64,000 bases of DNA. It comes from Mytilus trossulus. Lineage: Eukaryota. The position numbers and the translations under genes were made by a program. This document shows positions 50,972 to 63,420 of this stretch, one piece after another. The stretch is taken from assembly GCF_036588685.1 (NCBI RefSeq), contig NC_086374.1:65286001-65350000 (forward strand). The letters are read 5' to 3'. A model generated the notes under the pieces. It was given only the letters and a program-made list of their open reading frames with translations. It ran no database searches and was not told where the DNA came from. Position 1 is the stretch's first letter; each line of letters opens with the position of its first letter.

Positions 50972-52289
50972 CTACAACATAATCATATGTAACATGTATG
51001 AAATTGATAGTGATTCTTTTTTTTTTAATAAAATGTAAAGATGACATACTTCTAATAAACCGTTTGTCCCACCGTTTTGACGCACTTTTCAACATCTGTT
51101 TTGTACCACTCGATTTTTCGCGATGATTAACATAATAAAAGTGTTTTTAAATTGCATGATAATGGGTGTTTTTCTTTTCTTTCTGGACTCTTCTGGTTTG
51201 GTCTGATGTAGAATCATTCGGAGAATAGGGAATAGTAACCTTTAATTATTGTAATGTTTACCGGTAAAATTTCACATAACTCTAGAATGCAGAGAAAATA
51301 TATGAAGCAAAAAATAACCTGCAAAAAGAAAGAATGAAATAAACATACTAGTAATGATAATATGAAATATCAAAATAAATTAAAAGTTATTATAACTTAA
51401 CTACATATCATATTTTGAACGTTCTTACCATTCATTTCAACTATCAACTTCAATTATCGACGATATCCATGTGAACCAGAATATACTAAAAACATAACAA
51501 AAAATATCTCGCTCTTTGTATTGTAAATCAAGTATCAGTAGTTATTAGAAGAAAATCATTAATTTATTCATCGAACTTCTAATGAAACATTTATATCGTA
51601 TGATTTAAAAACTTAGAAAAATTGCGCCCCAGTAAAAAGTGGATAACAACGATCTTGTTTCATTTCCTTTGTTATGATTAATAGTAGCACAATTAAATAT
51701 ATGATTTAATGAGTACCCGTAATGCATGTTATACTATTAAACCGTTGAAATGTGAACTTGTTTGATAAGATTTGATCTTTTTCGATTACTATCATTTTAT
51801 AGATCATTTGGTGCGTATTATAAGAATACATTTGTACTATTAACTACTTTAAGTACGTTAGATAAGGAAGAAGATTTATAATATGAAAAAGATGAAAAAA
51901 GTGGCTACTAGAAAAGGACGAAAGGTCTTAAAAAACCCACAAACTGGAATTTATCTTTGTTTGAGACGGCTCCATTAATTCGGAATAACTTTAGTTCTTA
52001 TCGAAAAAAACTGCCACATTTATGAGAAAATGCAGTACGATTGCCAAATATCAAAATTTAAGTCATAATGTAACATAAAATATTGTCTCCCAACGAATAT
52101 TGTACGCGGACATTAAAGAATTATAAAAGAAATAATAAAAACCCAATTTGTTCAGAGAATCATTGAAGGTCTTTCCACATCATTTTTTTTAAATTACTGA
52201 TGAGAAGCTAACTTCGAATTACTCAAAGAAATTATTGGCGTCCAAGCATATCATGTGTCTTCATTCTAATTCTTCTAATGGTCTTCACC

Positions 52290-53560
52290 TTCACTAAACA
52301 AGATATATATGTTTTAAGATGTCTTTTACAAAGATAAAAAAAAAGCATTGCATTGCCAAATACCTTTCTTGGGGCCCAATGATTAATTATTGGAAAAACT
52401 ATATGGCAATTATGAATTATTTATGATATCAATGTTATATTATCATTGAATAAGTGTACTGAAATTAGCATATTTAATTTAATTTAAATTATCTGTATTC
52501 AGAGATTCCATATCTTTCATGTTGGTAATTTTTGGGTCCAAAAAAAGACTTTATCACATCTCATCCTATTGGAGTTACACAAATAAGATTTATCAATGTA
52601 TTTTTAGAGAAAGAAATACAAATGAATTATATTTATCCTCAATTGACTCTTCCTTATTTAATTTATCTGCAATTGTCTCTCCTTTATTTGATTTAATTAT
52701 AACACAAGACATTTTTACGGACGTCATCACAAGTTGGTTGACTGTTATCGAATAATCGTTTCACCGATGATATGGCATATGTTTCTTATGTCGTAACTAC
52801 AATACCCTTCCCTTTTCATGAATATGACCTACAGAATCAGACTATTTTCCGGGTTTGTGATAACATAAGCAACATGACGGGTGCCATATGTAGAGCAGGA
52901 TCTTTTTACCGTTCTGGAGCACGTGAGATCCCCAGTTTTTGGTGGGTTTCGTGTTGCTCAGTCTTTAGTTTTCTATGTTGTTTCATATATGTAACATAAT
53001 ATGTCTATATGTCGTTTTTATTTTTAGCCAAGGGTTTGTCAGTCGATTTATGCGTTTGACTGTTCCCCTGGTATATTTCGCACCCTTTTAATTGCACATA
53101 ATTACTCTTCAATGATACTGACAATTATTTCAGCGTTGCTTGCGACATAAATTGCAAAATGTGAGATATAATTACAATGCATCAGCAGAAACTATTTCAT
53201 AAGAAATTTAAAAAAAATGTGATATGAGAACCTTGATGAGACAACTCTCCATCTAAGACACAATGTATAAAAAAATAAACCATTATAGGTCAAAATACGG
53301 CCTTAATCACAGAGCCTTGGCTTCTACTAAACAGTAAACGTTGTCAGTTTATTTTCGATTTATGAGTTTGATTGTCCATTTGGTATCTTTCGTACCTCTT
53401 TTACAGTAAGTTATTAAGGCCTAAAAATTACTAGTTTAAAACAATTCAAATAAGAATGCCATCAGTCTAATATGTATACAAAACAAGAAACATATATGAA
53501 CCATATCAACAAACGAAAACCCCTAAACGTCAGGTTTCTAGCTTTAGACAGTTGCCAAAC
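52290..53560 (+). repeat. Third copy of segment ~26235-26680 / 43745-44510
   Basis: Shared caaagataaaaaaaa(a)gcattgca...ggagttacacaaa(c/t)aagattta. Confidence 0.85.
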
Positions 53561-53849
53561 ATTTTTGTTTTGGCATTTGAATTCTCACTTATTACAAGTA
53601 AGAGGTAAGTAAGTGGTAATTACCACCCGTGACTACATTTATATATAATCGCGACTACAGTGGGTTTTTTAATATATATTTATAATAGTTATGCGTCACA
53701 CAACTTTAAATTCTTACTATAATCTATTTTTAAAAGAACATTGATTCAGGAAGATATATAAAATGATAAATTAAAAATAGAGGAATCATAGTCATCATAT
53801 ATACCTGAGACCACTCAACCTTAACACATGTGTTATAAATAGTTTGGTC

Positions 53850-55576
53850 AGTATATGCTGATCAACTTAATGCTTGCACACGTAAACTGAAACTAACTTA
53901 TATTTCATTATACAACCATTTATTATAATAAATTAATTTACAGGAATCGAAACAATAGAAAGTGTTTCTTTTGATCTTTGAGTCAACTTTGCTTCAAAGA
54001 ATGATTTATAAGTTTTGAAATCGTATGACTTGTTTCTTTTCATTGAATAGCACAACTCCAAGAGAGCGTTTTAGAATAAAAAACAATTATTTTTACCTCT
54101 GTTAACTTCTCAACGAAGATATTTTTCTCTCATTGAATAATTACAATTTTTACGGTTTTTATTCATCGTCCTTCGAATATGAAATAAAAAATGCCACATA
54201 TACATTTAAGACTGTCTTATTTACTGACGGTCCTCAAAAATAAGATGTTTGGCTTTTTCTGATAAATAATTGAATTACAGTACAAAAAACAGGTTCCAAG
54301 CAAAGTGGATATTGAAATATATGTGTTGAAAGAAAACTTTGAACTTTTGTACAGCTTTGTTTTTGTTTTGAGTATACATTTGATTGTATATATGGATAGT
54401 CTACGAATCAAGTTGATAGCTGAAATGAATGGTATGAAATCTTAATATAAAATATGTAGTTAAGTAATAATAACTTTTAATTTATTTTAATAATGATATA
54501 TATAATCATTACTATGCTTACTTAAGTCTTTCTTTTAACAATGCCTCTGCTGGTGGACTATTAGTCCCCGAGGGTATCACCAGCCCAGTAGCCAGAACAT
54601 CGACACTGGCATGAAAATACGGATTTTTTGTGTTATTAAAATTTGCTGTTACAAAATGATAGAAATTATTATAAATTAAGGAATATATCTTTCTCGTGCA
54701 AAACTCTGATTCTTTTCACGGATTTGGCTATACTTTTTGGACCTTTTGGATTATAGCTCTTCAACTTTGATATAAGCTTTGTATATTAAATATTTTGGCA
54801 ACGAGCATCACTGAAGAGACATGTATTGTCGAAATGCGCATCTGGTGCAAGAAAATTGGTACCGTTAGTTTTATTAATTAAATAGCTGAAATGAATGGTA
54901 TGAAACCTTAATATAAAATATGTAGTTAAGTAATAATAGCTTTTAATTTATTTAAATAATGATATATATAATCATTACTATGCTTACTTAAGTCTTTCTT
55001 TTTAACAAGTCATATTTACTTTATATTTATTTTCACTGCATTCTAGAATAGTGAAAAATTGCCCGTAAACATAACCATAATTAAGGTAATGGCGTTAACC
55101 TATTTTTCCTTCAACTATTCCCAGAATCAGCAAAAAAGCTTCATATTTACCTTATTAATATCAATTTGATTTTTTTTAAACATTTATCATGTATTATGTT
55201 TCTTGTCACTTGTGTATACTATGTTTGCATTTTAACCCGTCAGGGTTTCACTTTTTTCAATAAAGTTTATGATATATATATTTAGACTGCTATCGACCGT
55301 TTATGCTACAAAACGGTGGGCCAAACAGTTTATTAGAAGTACATCATTTCAATTCTTTTAATCAGAAAAGAATCCCTATCAATTAGACATGATTATATAA
55401 TTATGTTGTAGTCCAAGAGGAGTCTGTTGGAAATCTGTCTCAAGTAGTTCCTAGTGGAACAAGATATACGTCGCAAGTAGTACTAATTAGTGGAACGAGA
55501 TATACAGAAACCAACAATTGTCAGTAGACTATGGTGTACGAGTTTGGGGCAACTGATCCTTGTGATCCAAGAAACA
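53850..55576 (-). repeat. Inverted partial copy of the block (~60100-61400 / ~32555-34045)
   Basis: The reverse complement matches, e.g. ttagactgctatcgaccgtttatgctacaaaacggtggg (~55282) versus ~60321-60359. Confidence 0.9.
54805..54848 (+). ncRNA. Minimal type I hammerhead ribozyme in a ~340-bp retrozyme-like insertion (~54541-54882)
   Basis: gcatca CTGAAGA gaca-tgtat-tgtc GAAA tgcgcATC tggtgc. Palindromic stem III atgcgcat. Confidence 0.88.
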
Positions 55577-58500
55577 GAAAGTTCCATACCACAAAGAAAT
55601 GGTTAGGATAAGCTTTGGGGTGGGGGCTTTGGCTCAAACCTTTTAGGAATTAGGGGAGAAACAAGGGTTTAACGGTTTAAGGAAAAAAACTTAAGTACAA
55701 TACATAATTTAAAAGCAGTCTGATGGAGCGTTCAAACATATTTATGACAATATCTTGAGCACTAAAACAAAAATAAAAATTCATATCATATAAACAATTC
55801 TAATTTTTTTTACTACAGCTATTCTATGTCAAAAACCTATTATGTGTCAAATAGTTAATTACAATCCAAATTCAGATCTTTATCAATCGTGGATATTGTT
55901 TCCACCCCCCCTCCCCCAAATTGAACAGGGTTGGACCTCTACTTACGTATCCAATTACGCTCGACGAAGCAATTTATTTCATTAAGGTTATGGATGTCTC
56001 TCTGGTATTGTTTAAAGTCTCACCCAATATATTTTTGATTTTGTATTTACATTTTGTCTTAGATCAAATTTATTCGTTCAAAGTATAATCACTTGTTTTT
56101 GTGTTTGTTAATATGTCTTTTGGTTGAGTTAAGCCATTTCCATTGATATTTTATAGTTTAACTTTCAATGTTCTGATGTTACACTATTGTATTAGGTGAC
56201 GATGAAGGTTGGTACCTATCAAAACGTTTAAACCCGCTGTATTTATTTGCACTTGTGACCTGTCCTAAGTCAGGAACCTGATGTTAAGTGGTTGTTGTTT
56301 GTTGATGTGGTTCATAAGTGTTTTTTTCTAAATATTATATTTGATCGTTGGTTTTCCTGTTTTAATGGTTTTACTCAAGTCATTTTTTGGGACCCTTTAT
56401 AGCTTTCTGTTCGAAGTGAACCACGGCTCTGTGTTGAAGATCGTACTTTGACCTTACTTGATGGTTTACTTTTACAAATCGTGACTTGGACGGAGAGTTG
56501 TCTCATTTGCACACTTACCACCTTACTCTATATAGGACATTATTGGAAATCCATACCTGATTTTTTTATTTATCTTACAGAACCAGTTGCAAGCCTTTAA
56601 ACTAAATGTGTCATAATAATACTTTGTTGATTCTAAATTTAAGATTTTAGTGCTTATTTGGTATCCAAGATGGCCGTCACGACGGAACACAGGTTACAAT
56701 CAACCTTTCCATGCCTACCAGAGAAAAAAAACTTTTGCATAAACATATTGACCTTATCACGAACATAATTTATACTATGATGGTTGGAGAACGCCATATT
56801 GAATATTTATGTTCTTTCTTTTGAAGACAACATTTAAATTTCAGGAAAAGTACCTGACAGTCTTAATAAAACGGAACATAGACACTTTCATTATTTTACT
56901 TTTCATACATGGCAAATATAATTTGAAATTCCCAAATAACCCAAAACTCCTTATACAAATCCAACAATGTCTATCCACACTGATATATGTCCACATTTGT
57001 AGAATTATAAAACCCATATATGTGTTATGTTATGATAATCTGAATATTTTATTTCATAACATTATTTTGTTATATTGGTATATGTATGCTAAAAATTTGA
57101 AAACATTTGTTATCAGTGAACACAAATTGTTGAAAATTCACTAACTCAGAATTATATTTTATAATAAGTAAAACAAGTTATAAGTTAAAGTAGTTTATAT
57201 ATATATATCTTTTATGTAGTTGCATTATTACAAATCAAACGTTTCAATATGAAAAAAAAATATATGTTCAAAACTAACATTTATATATATATTATTAACA
57301 AAAAATATGTCCGAAACTTAAAAAAAATATATGCAACATTTTCTTTTGACCCTAGAACGCAACAAAAATTGATCAAAAGAAAAGTGGCAATCCAAAGTGT
57401 AAAATTTCATTTCTGCCTCATTTTTTGTTTAAAATTTAGAAAATATACCTCTTATTCTGATGTTTGTTTCTTAAAATTTGAAAATGACCTCTAAAATGGC
57501 AAACCCGTACAATATTAAGCAATTTGTTTTGCATACCAAAGTGTTGATTTAGAATCTTGCTTATGAAAAATCAATTTCTAAAATCAAAGACAACTTTAGA
57601 CCTGATTTCGTTTAGAAAAAAAGCCACAACTTAAACAATAAAGAAAACAACGTCAACAGTTAATGATTGTCTCTGATATGATTTAAATTCATAATGTTAT
57701 GATTATGATTACTGTCCAATGTCCAGTTCGGGAATGTTACAAAACTTCTTTGTAGGCTATACATCTATCAAAAGACATGTGTGTATATATGTGTCTCTGA
57801 TCTATCTGTAATGATAAAAGAAAAGATTTTTTTTTCATATTTAATTCATGGATAAGAGCAGTCAACATACTTGTGATTACAAATGTTACATATATATATA
57901 TAATTCAGACATGTTCCTTCAAATAAACATGGATATTTGATGGTAAAGTCACTACTCAATGACATCATGTTCTAGTTTTGGGTACAACCAGAGAAATACT
58001 ATAGTATTATATATATATATATATGTCTATGGTGGAACATAAACTACTCTCCTGTTTTCCTTGTTCACTAGACACTTAAAATGGAATATTGCGTGCATCA
58101 CATTGTCCTAAGGACTGCATCGGGTATTACAAATCAGGAACATATAGATTGATTTTCTGTCCCAAGTACAAATGGTGTAGGAACTGCTATCCACTTATCC
58201 GCAGCACTTTGGTGTTATCGGTTACTTTCATGTCCAGTCTTTCATCTTTTATGCTTCACTATGTGTATCTTCGTTGCTTTCTTTTATTTGAATTCATTGA
58301 TGACAATCTTTGTGTTACTTAATCGTGGCCATTTATAGCAAAACAAATTAAATACACATTGTCCTGTTAAGTGATAAATATAAACAAAAATCCCTGGATG
58401 TCTTTTAGGTTTTTGTGTAATAGAGTTGACGTCTCATTAACGTAAACTCCACAGTTATGTTTGTTCAGCTTTTCCTCATTGTGTGTATAAGATATATTAT

Positions 58501-59996
58501 TTTCTTTTGAGTGAGAACATATCATACTAGTGAAAGTAGCAACATTTTAAAATAACTTTGATTGTTACTTTATTAACCCAATCTGGAAGTTAAAAAGCAC
58601 TATAAACCAACCAAATCAGTTTTTCAAAAGACATACGATGTTGAAGAGTTGTGAAAACCAAATATTCCGAAAAGCAGTGCCACATTTTCTTAACAGTTAG
58701 GATTCTACTTCGTCAAAATTATCTCCCCATTACGCCAGTTAGTTTTCACAACCGTAAAAATGAAAGCCATTTTTGGGATGACGCGCTGCCTATTTTGCTC
58801 TTGAAAACCGATAAATTTATCTGCATAGCACCATTACGATCCTCATATGTCAGTTGTATTTTAAAAGACAAATGTATCTACTAGCTAATTAGCAACAGTT
58901 AAAAAACTTAAATTTATTGTCTAATCGGTTGTCAGGTGGAATTTTGAAAATTCATAAAAAAAATCTAATTGAATATTTTTTAGGAAGGGCAGACTAGATT
59001 TGTTTAGTGGTTGAAGACTATTAACCTTTAGTTATCACAAACAAAAAACAATATTTTATTCGAAGATATGCTTTTCCATCATCCGACTTGAAAGACTGTC
59101 GTCAAGTACTTTTAATAAAAAATATCTATTAGAACACACCTACTCTATTTTTATGATTCATTAGTTAGGTATTTCACTTGACCCATATATTTCATCTTTT
59201 AGTACTGTGATTTTTTTATGTTATAAAGTCAACCTGTAGGTTTGATATATAAAATGATTGAATCTGAAGCGAGATGATGTATCAAATATTCTTGATTTTC
59301 AAGTAAAAATATTCAACTCAAACATGCCCAACATAAAAAGGTGCACTCGATTTTCTCTTTTGAATACAATTGTTACCCATTTTTTAGATTTTTTTCTTGA
59401 GTCACATAAGGCAAGGGCAGACACGAAAATTACCGAACTAATAGATTGATATGTTTTCCGTCCGTGGTAATTTTTTTTTAAATCAGAGGTTATGCATTTT
59501 CTACATCCAACTTGATAGATTGCCATGTCGTCGACTTGATATCTAATTGTTCTGCTTAACGATGTAATAGATAAATTGAAACCTTATGCAAATGGTGTTT
59601 TTATAATAGAACACTTCGTAATTGAGAAGAAAATTGTAATTTGATTTGTTTCTATTAACTTTAAATTTTTTGTTACTATAGTAAACATTACAGTAAGCAT
59701 TTATTGCCTTCTCTAATAAAGAGTTTCGATTCTTTTGTTCTATTTCAACCAGGTTTCCGCCTGTTACGGAAACCTTTAGATTCTATCTATGGATATAAAA
59801 ACCTAGTTTCGACAGATTTTAACGGGTTTTACTGGTGTGGTATCTTCTTTATTACTTATCATTTAGTGTTTGTTGAATCAAAAGTCTTGGCCAAAGTTAA
59901 AATCGTAAAGAAAAACTATGATATTGATAAATATTTAACTAGTAAATACTAGTACTCAAAATAAAAAAAAATCAGGAAATCTTTATCTTCAATTAC

Positions 59997-60225
59997 CTCT
60001 CTTGCATTCCACTGATATTTCAATTTAGATGACGGTTACTGGACGATTCCTCTATCCCAAAGTTTTCTTCTGTAAGAAGGGGAAGTCGTATTTGACAGTT
60101 TCTCGGATCACTAGGGTCAGTTGACCTAAACTCATACACCATAGTCCATTGACAATTGTTGGTATCTGGATATCTTGTTCCACTAGGAACTACTTGAGAC
60201 GGATATCCACCAGACTCTTCCTGAA
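59997..60225 (-). pseudogene. Paralogous exon-like ORF with in-frame TGA
   Basis: 229 nt, splice sites intact, TGA at 60020-60022 where the other copies have CGA. Confidence 0.5.
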
Positions 60226-61783
60226 CTATAATACAATCATATAAAACATGTATGAAATTGATAGTGATTCTTTTCTGATTAAAAGCAATTGAAGTGATGT
60301 ACTTCTAATAAACTGTTTGTCCCACCGTTTTGTAGCATAAACGGTCGATAGCAGTCTAAATATAAATATGAAGCATTTTATGTTGACAAAGCCAAACGGA
60401 TGGATCATTCCCACCAAGCTTTTTTGTACTGCGGAGTATAAGTCCAGTGATAAAAACTCAATACCATCTTTTCTGTATTCTATTCTGTTTTCTACCACTC
60501 GATTTCATTTAAACGTCAATTTTTTTTTATAGTAATCATAATCAAAGTGATTTTAAATTGCATGATAATGTTTTTTCTTTCTTTTGGGATTGTTCTGGCT
60601 TGATCTGATTTTGGTAATAGTTGAAGGGAAAATTGGTTTACGCCTTTACCTTAATTATGGTTATGTTTACCGGCAATTTTTCACTATTCTAGAATGCAGA
60701 GAATATATATAAAAAGTAAATATGACTTGTAAAAAGAAAGACTTAAATAAGCATAGTAATGATAATATCATTATTAAAATAAAGAATTATTATTACTTAA
60801 CTACATATTTTATATTAAGATTTCCTACCATTCATTTCAGCTATCAATTTGAATCATTGACTTTCCATACAATCACATGTATACTCAAAACAAAAACAAA
60901 GCTGTGCAAAAGTTGCATTTTCTTTTTATACATGTATTTCAACATCCACTTTGCTTGTAACCTGCTATTTGTAACTGCAATTCAATTATTTATTAGAAGA
61001 AGCCGAACATCTTATTTTTGACGACCGTCAGTAAAAAAATGTGTCTTAAAGTTTTTAAATGTGTCTGTGGCATTTTTTATTTCATGTTCGAATGACGATG
61101 AACACCAACCGTAAAAATTGAAGTTATTTAGTGAGAGAACACCATCTTCGTTGAGAAGTTAAAAGATGTAAATATAATTGTTTTATATTCTAAAACGCTC
61201 TCTTGGAGTTGTGCTTTTCAATGAAAAGAAACAAGTCATACGATTTCAAAACTTATTAATCATTCTTTGCAGCAAAGTTGACTCAAAGATCAAAAGAAAC
61301 ACTTTCTATTGATTCGATTCCTGTAAATTAATTCATTATAATAAATGGTTGTATAATGAAATATGAGTTAATGTGCAAGCATTTTGTTGATCAGTATATA
61401 TGAGTATTACACCCGAATAATCGAATATATCCCACGTGACTTAACTATAAGTGAGGTCGGAAAAGTCGCGTAACTATATAAAGTAGTATTTACATAGTAA
61501 ATCCCTTCGGCCCCGACTTCAGTAAGCCGACAGAACATTACTCGCACCGGCTACTTTTTATTAACCCGAATACTGTCAGTCGTTATATTCCGCTGATCTC
61601 CGTCTAATCTCCGATTGCTACATAGGCTATAGGCCGCTAGAGGGCGCAGAATTATTGGAGTTACGTTTATATATATTTATATATATATACAACTCGTCTA
61701 AACATCAACCCAACAATGTTAGATATGTAAAATTTGCTTTCGCAAATTTTTGGTTCTTCCCTCACCGGGATTCGAACCCATGC

Positions 61784-63076
61784 CAGGGCCGTAACTACAT
61801 TGAGGCAAATGAGGCAAATGCCTCATGTTTGAAATTTCAAAAAAAAAAATAAAACAAAAGATTGTCTCCATATCAAATTGTTTTCACGGAAAGTGTCTTG
61901 CAAGAAGCAAGTTCTCTTCACTCTCTGATGTCGCCCCTGCATGTTTTTAGTGATCCATGTTCATTTTACTTTTAGTTTTCAAAGTTGATGGTCTATTGTT
62001 TGCACTTCAGTGTCCCCGGGTTTGTCTTTTATTCATTTATTGTCATACTTTATTACTCTAGTCTGAGTGTTGATTTTCATTTGTAAACATGTGATTTTGC
62101 AATATTGCATGTCCACCGATGTCCAGACATTGTGCGAGAAAATATAAAAAAATATACGATGCTACTGGACATAGAAAAAAAATTGTCGTTTCTGCATGGA
62201 GAATTGAACACGATATCAAAGAATGCAAAACTGGTTCTTTTTATTGTAGATAAAACTAGATATCTGACATGGTTTAAATTTAAAAGTTAGACCACAAATT
62301 TTCCAGTATCAAATCATCTATTAAAACATCAATGGTTTGCCATATGACCTTTTGCATTGAAGCATTACATTTGCATCAAGTCGTGTTGAGACCCTCAACA
62401 GACAATAAAGGAATATGGAATAAACGTGCACGGTACCTAATTTCACACAAAGTCAATGCATATAGAAAAAATATAAATGACCAATGCATGGTTAAAGTTT
62501 TTATTCCTGTTCTTCGTCTTGATAGCTGCTGGAGGGTCAACAATAAAGAAATTATTAATACCGTATAACAAGATCAAGATGATCCTTAATGTCGACTTAA
62601 GTAGTACTAGTACTTAAAGAATAATACTGCACTGTCACTATATTTTTAAAATCTAGTCATAAAAAATCACCAAAGTCTAAGCACAATACACAGGCACTTG
62701 TTTCTATCCATTGGAAGAACCACTATCAACGTATATTTACTGTGGCACATTACAAGACAAAAACAGACATACAGATCTGACCGTTTTATTGATTATGAGA
62801 ATTACTATTTTTTCCTTTGTCCTACACATCGGTCTACTTTTAATGTTGTCCCCGTAAAACCTAAAAGTCTTAAATTACAATGCATGCTCCAATCGATGTT
62901 TTTGCTTTGAGACAAGAAAATTGTCGAAAACAAAATCTAAAAATTAATTGCGTTTCAATAAAAGAGAGTCCGGGAAATGCTCAGAATGCACGATTTTGCT
63001 TTATTTTTCTCAGAGCTTCGCAGACCCATCTCCAAATATTTTGCCTCACAATTAAAACAGGCTAGTTACGGCCCTG
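61784..63076. mobile_element. Non-autonomous hAT-like element, 14-bp perfect TIR
   Basis: cagggccgtaacta...tagttacggccctg, flanked by CATGC on both sides. Confidence 0.85.
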
Positions 63077-63085
63077 CATGCTACT

Positions 63086-63420
63086 TAGGAGATAACTGTA
63101 TTGTATTTTAAGCTCCGACGGCATCAATTGGGGATTTGATGGTCGCACATTAAGTTTACTGGCGACGCGTTAGCGGAGACAGTAAACGGGTATTTGCGAC
63201 CATCAAATCCCCAATTGATGCCGTCGGAGCTTAAAATACAATATTGTTATCTCCATTCTAATGAAACTGACAGAAAACAACGTTAAAACATGTATTTTTA
63301 AAAAATCTGTCATATGCCGTCTGCGCTTGCGCGTAGGTCCCATAGCATCAATTGACTGCCATGTAAGAAAGTGACGTTATCCAATCAAAATGAACGTTAC
63401 AAACGTTGTTGCATTAGAAT
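63086..63420. mobile_element. Crypton-like palindromic non-autonomous element
   Basis: Hairpin with ~60-bp arms (63088-63253), then a second inverted pair attctaatg/cattagaat. No TSD. Confidence 0.6.

Noticed and set aside
61760-61783. tRNA gene (T-loop GGTTCGAATCC on the minus strand)
   Set aside because: Interrupted SINE head with no complete cloverleaf.
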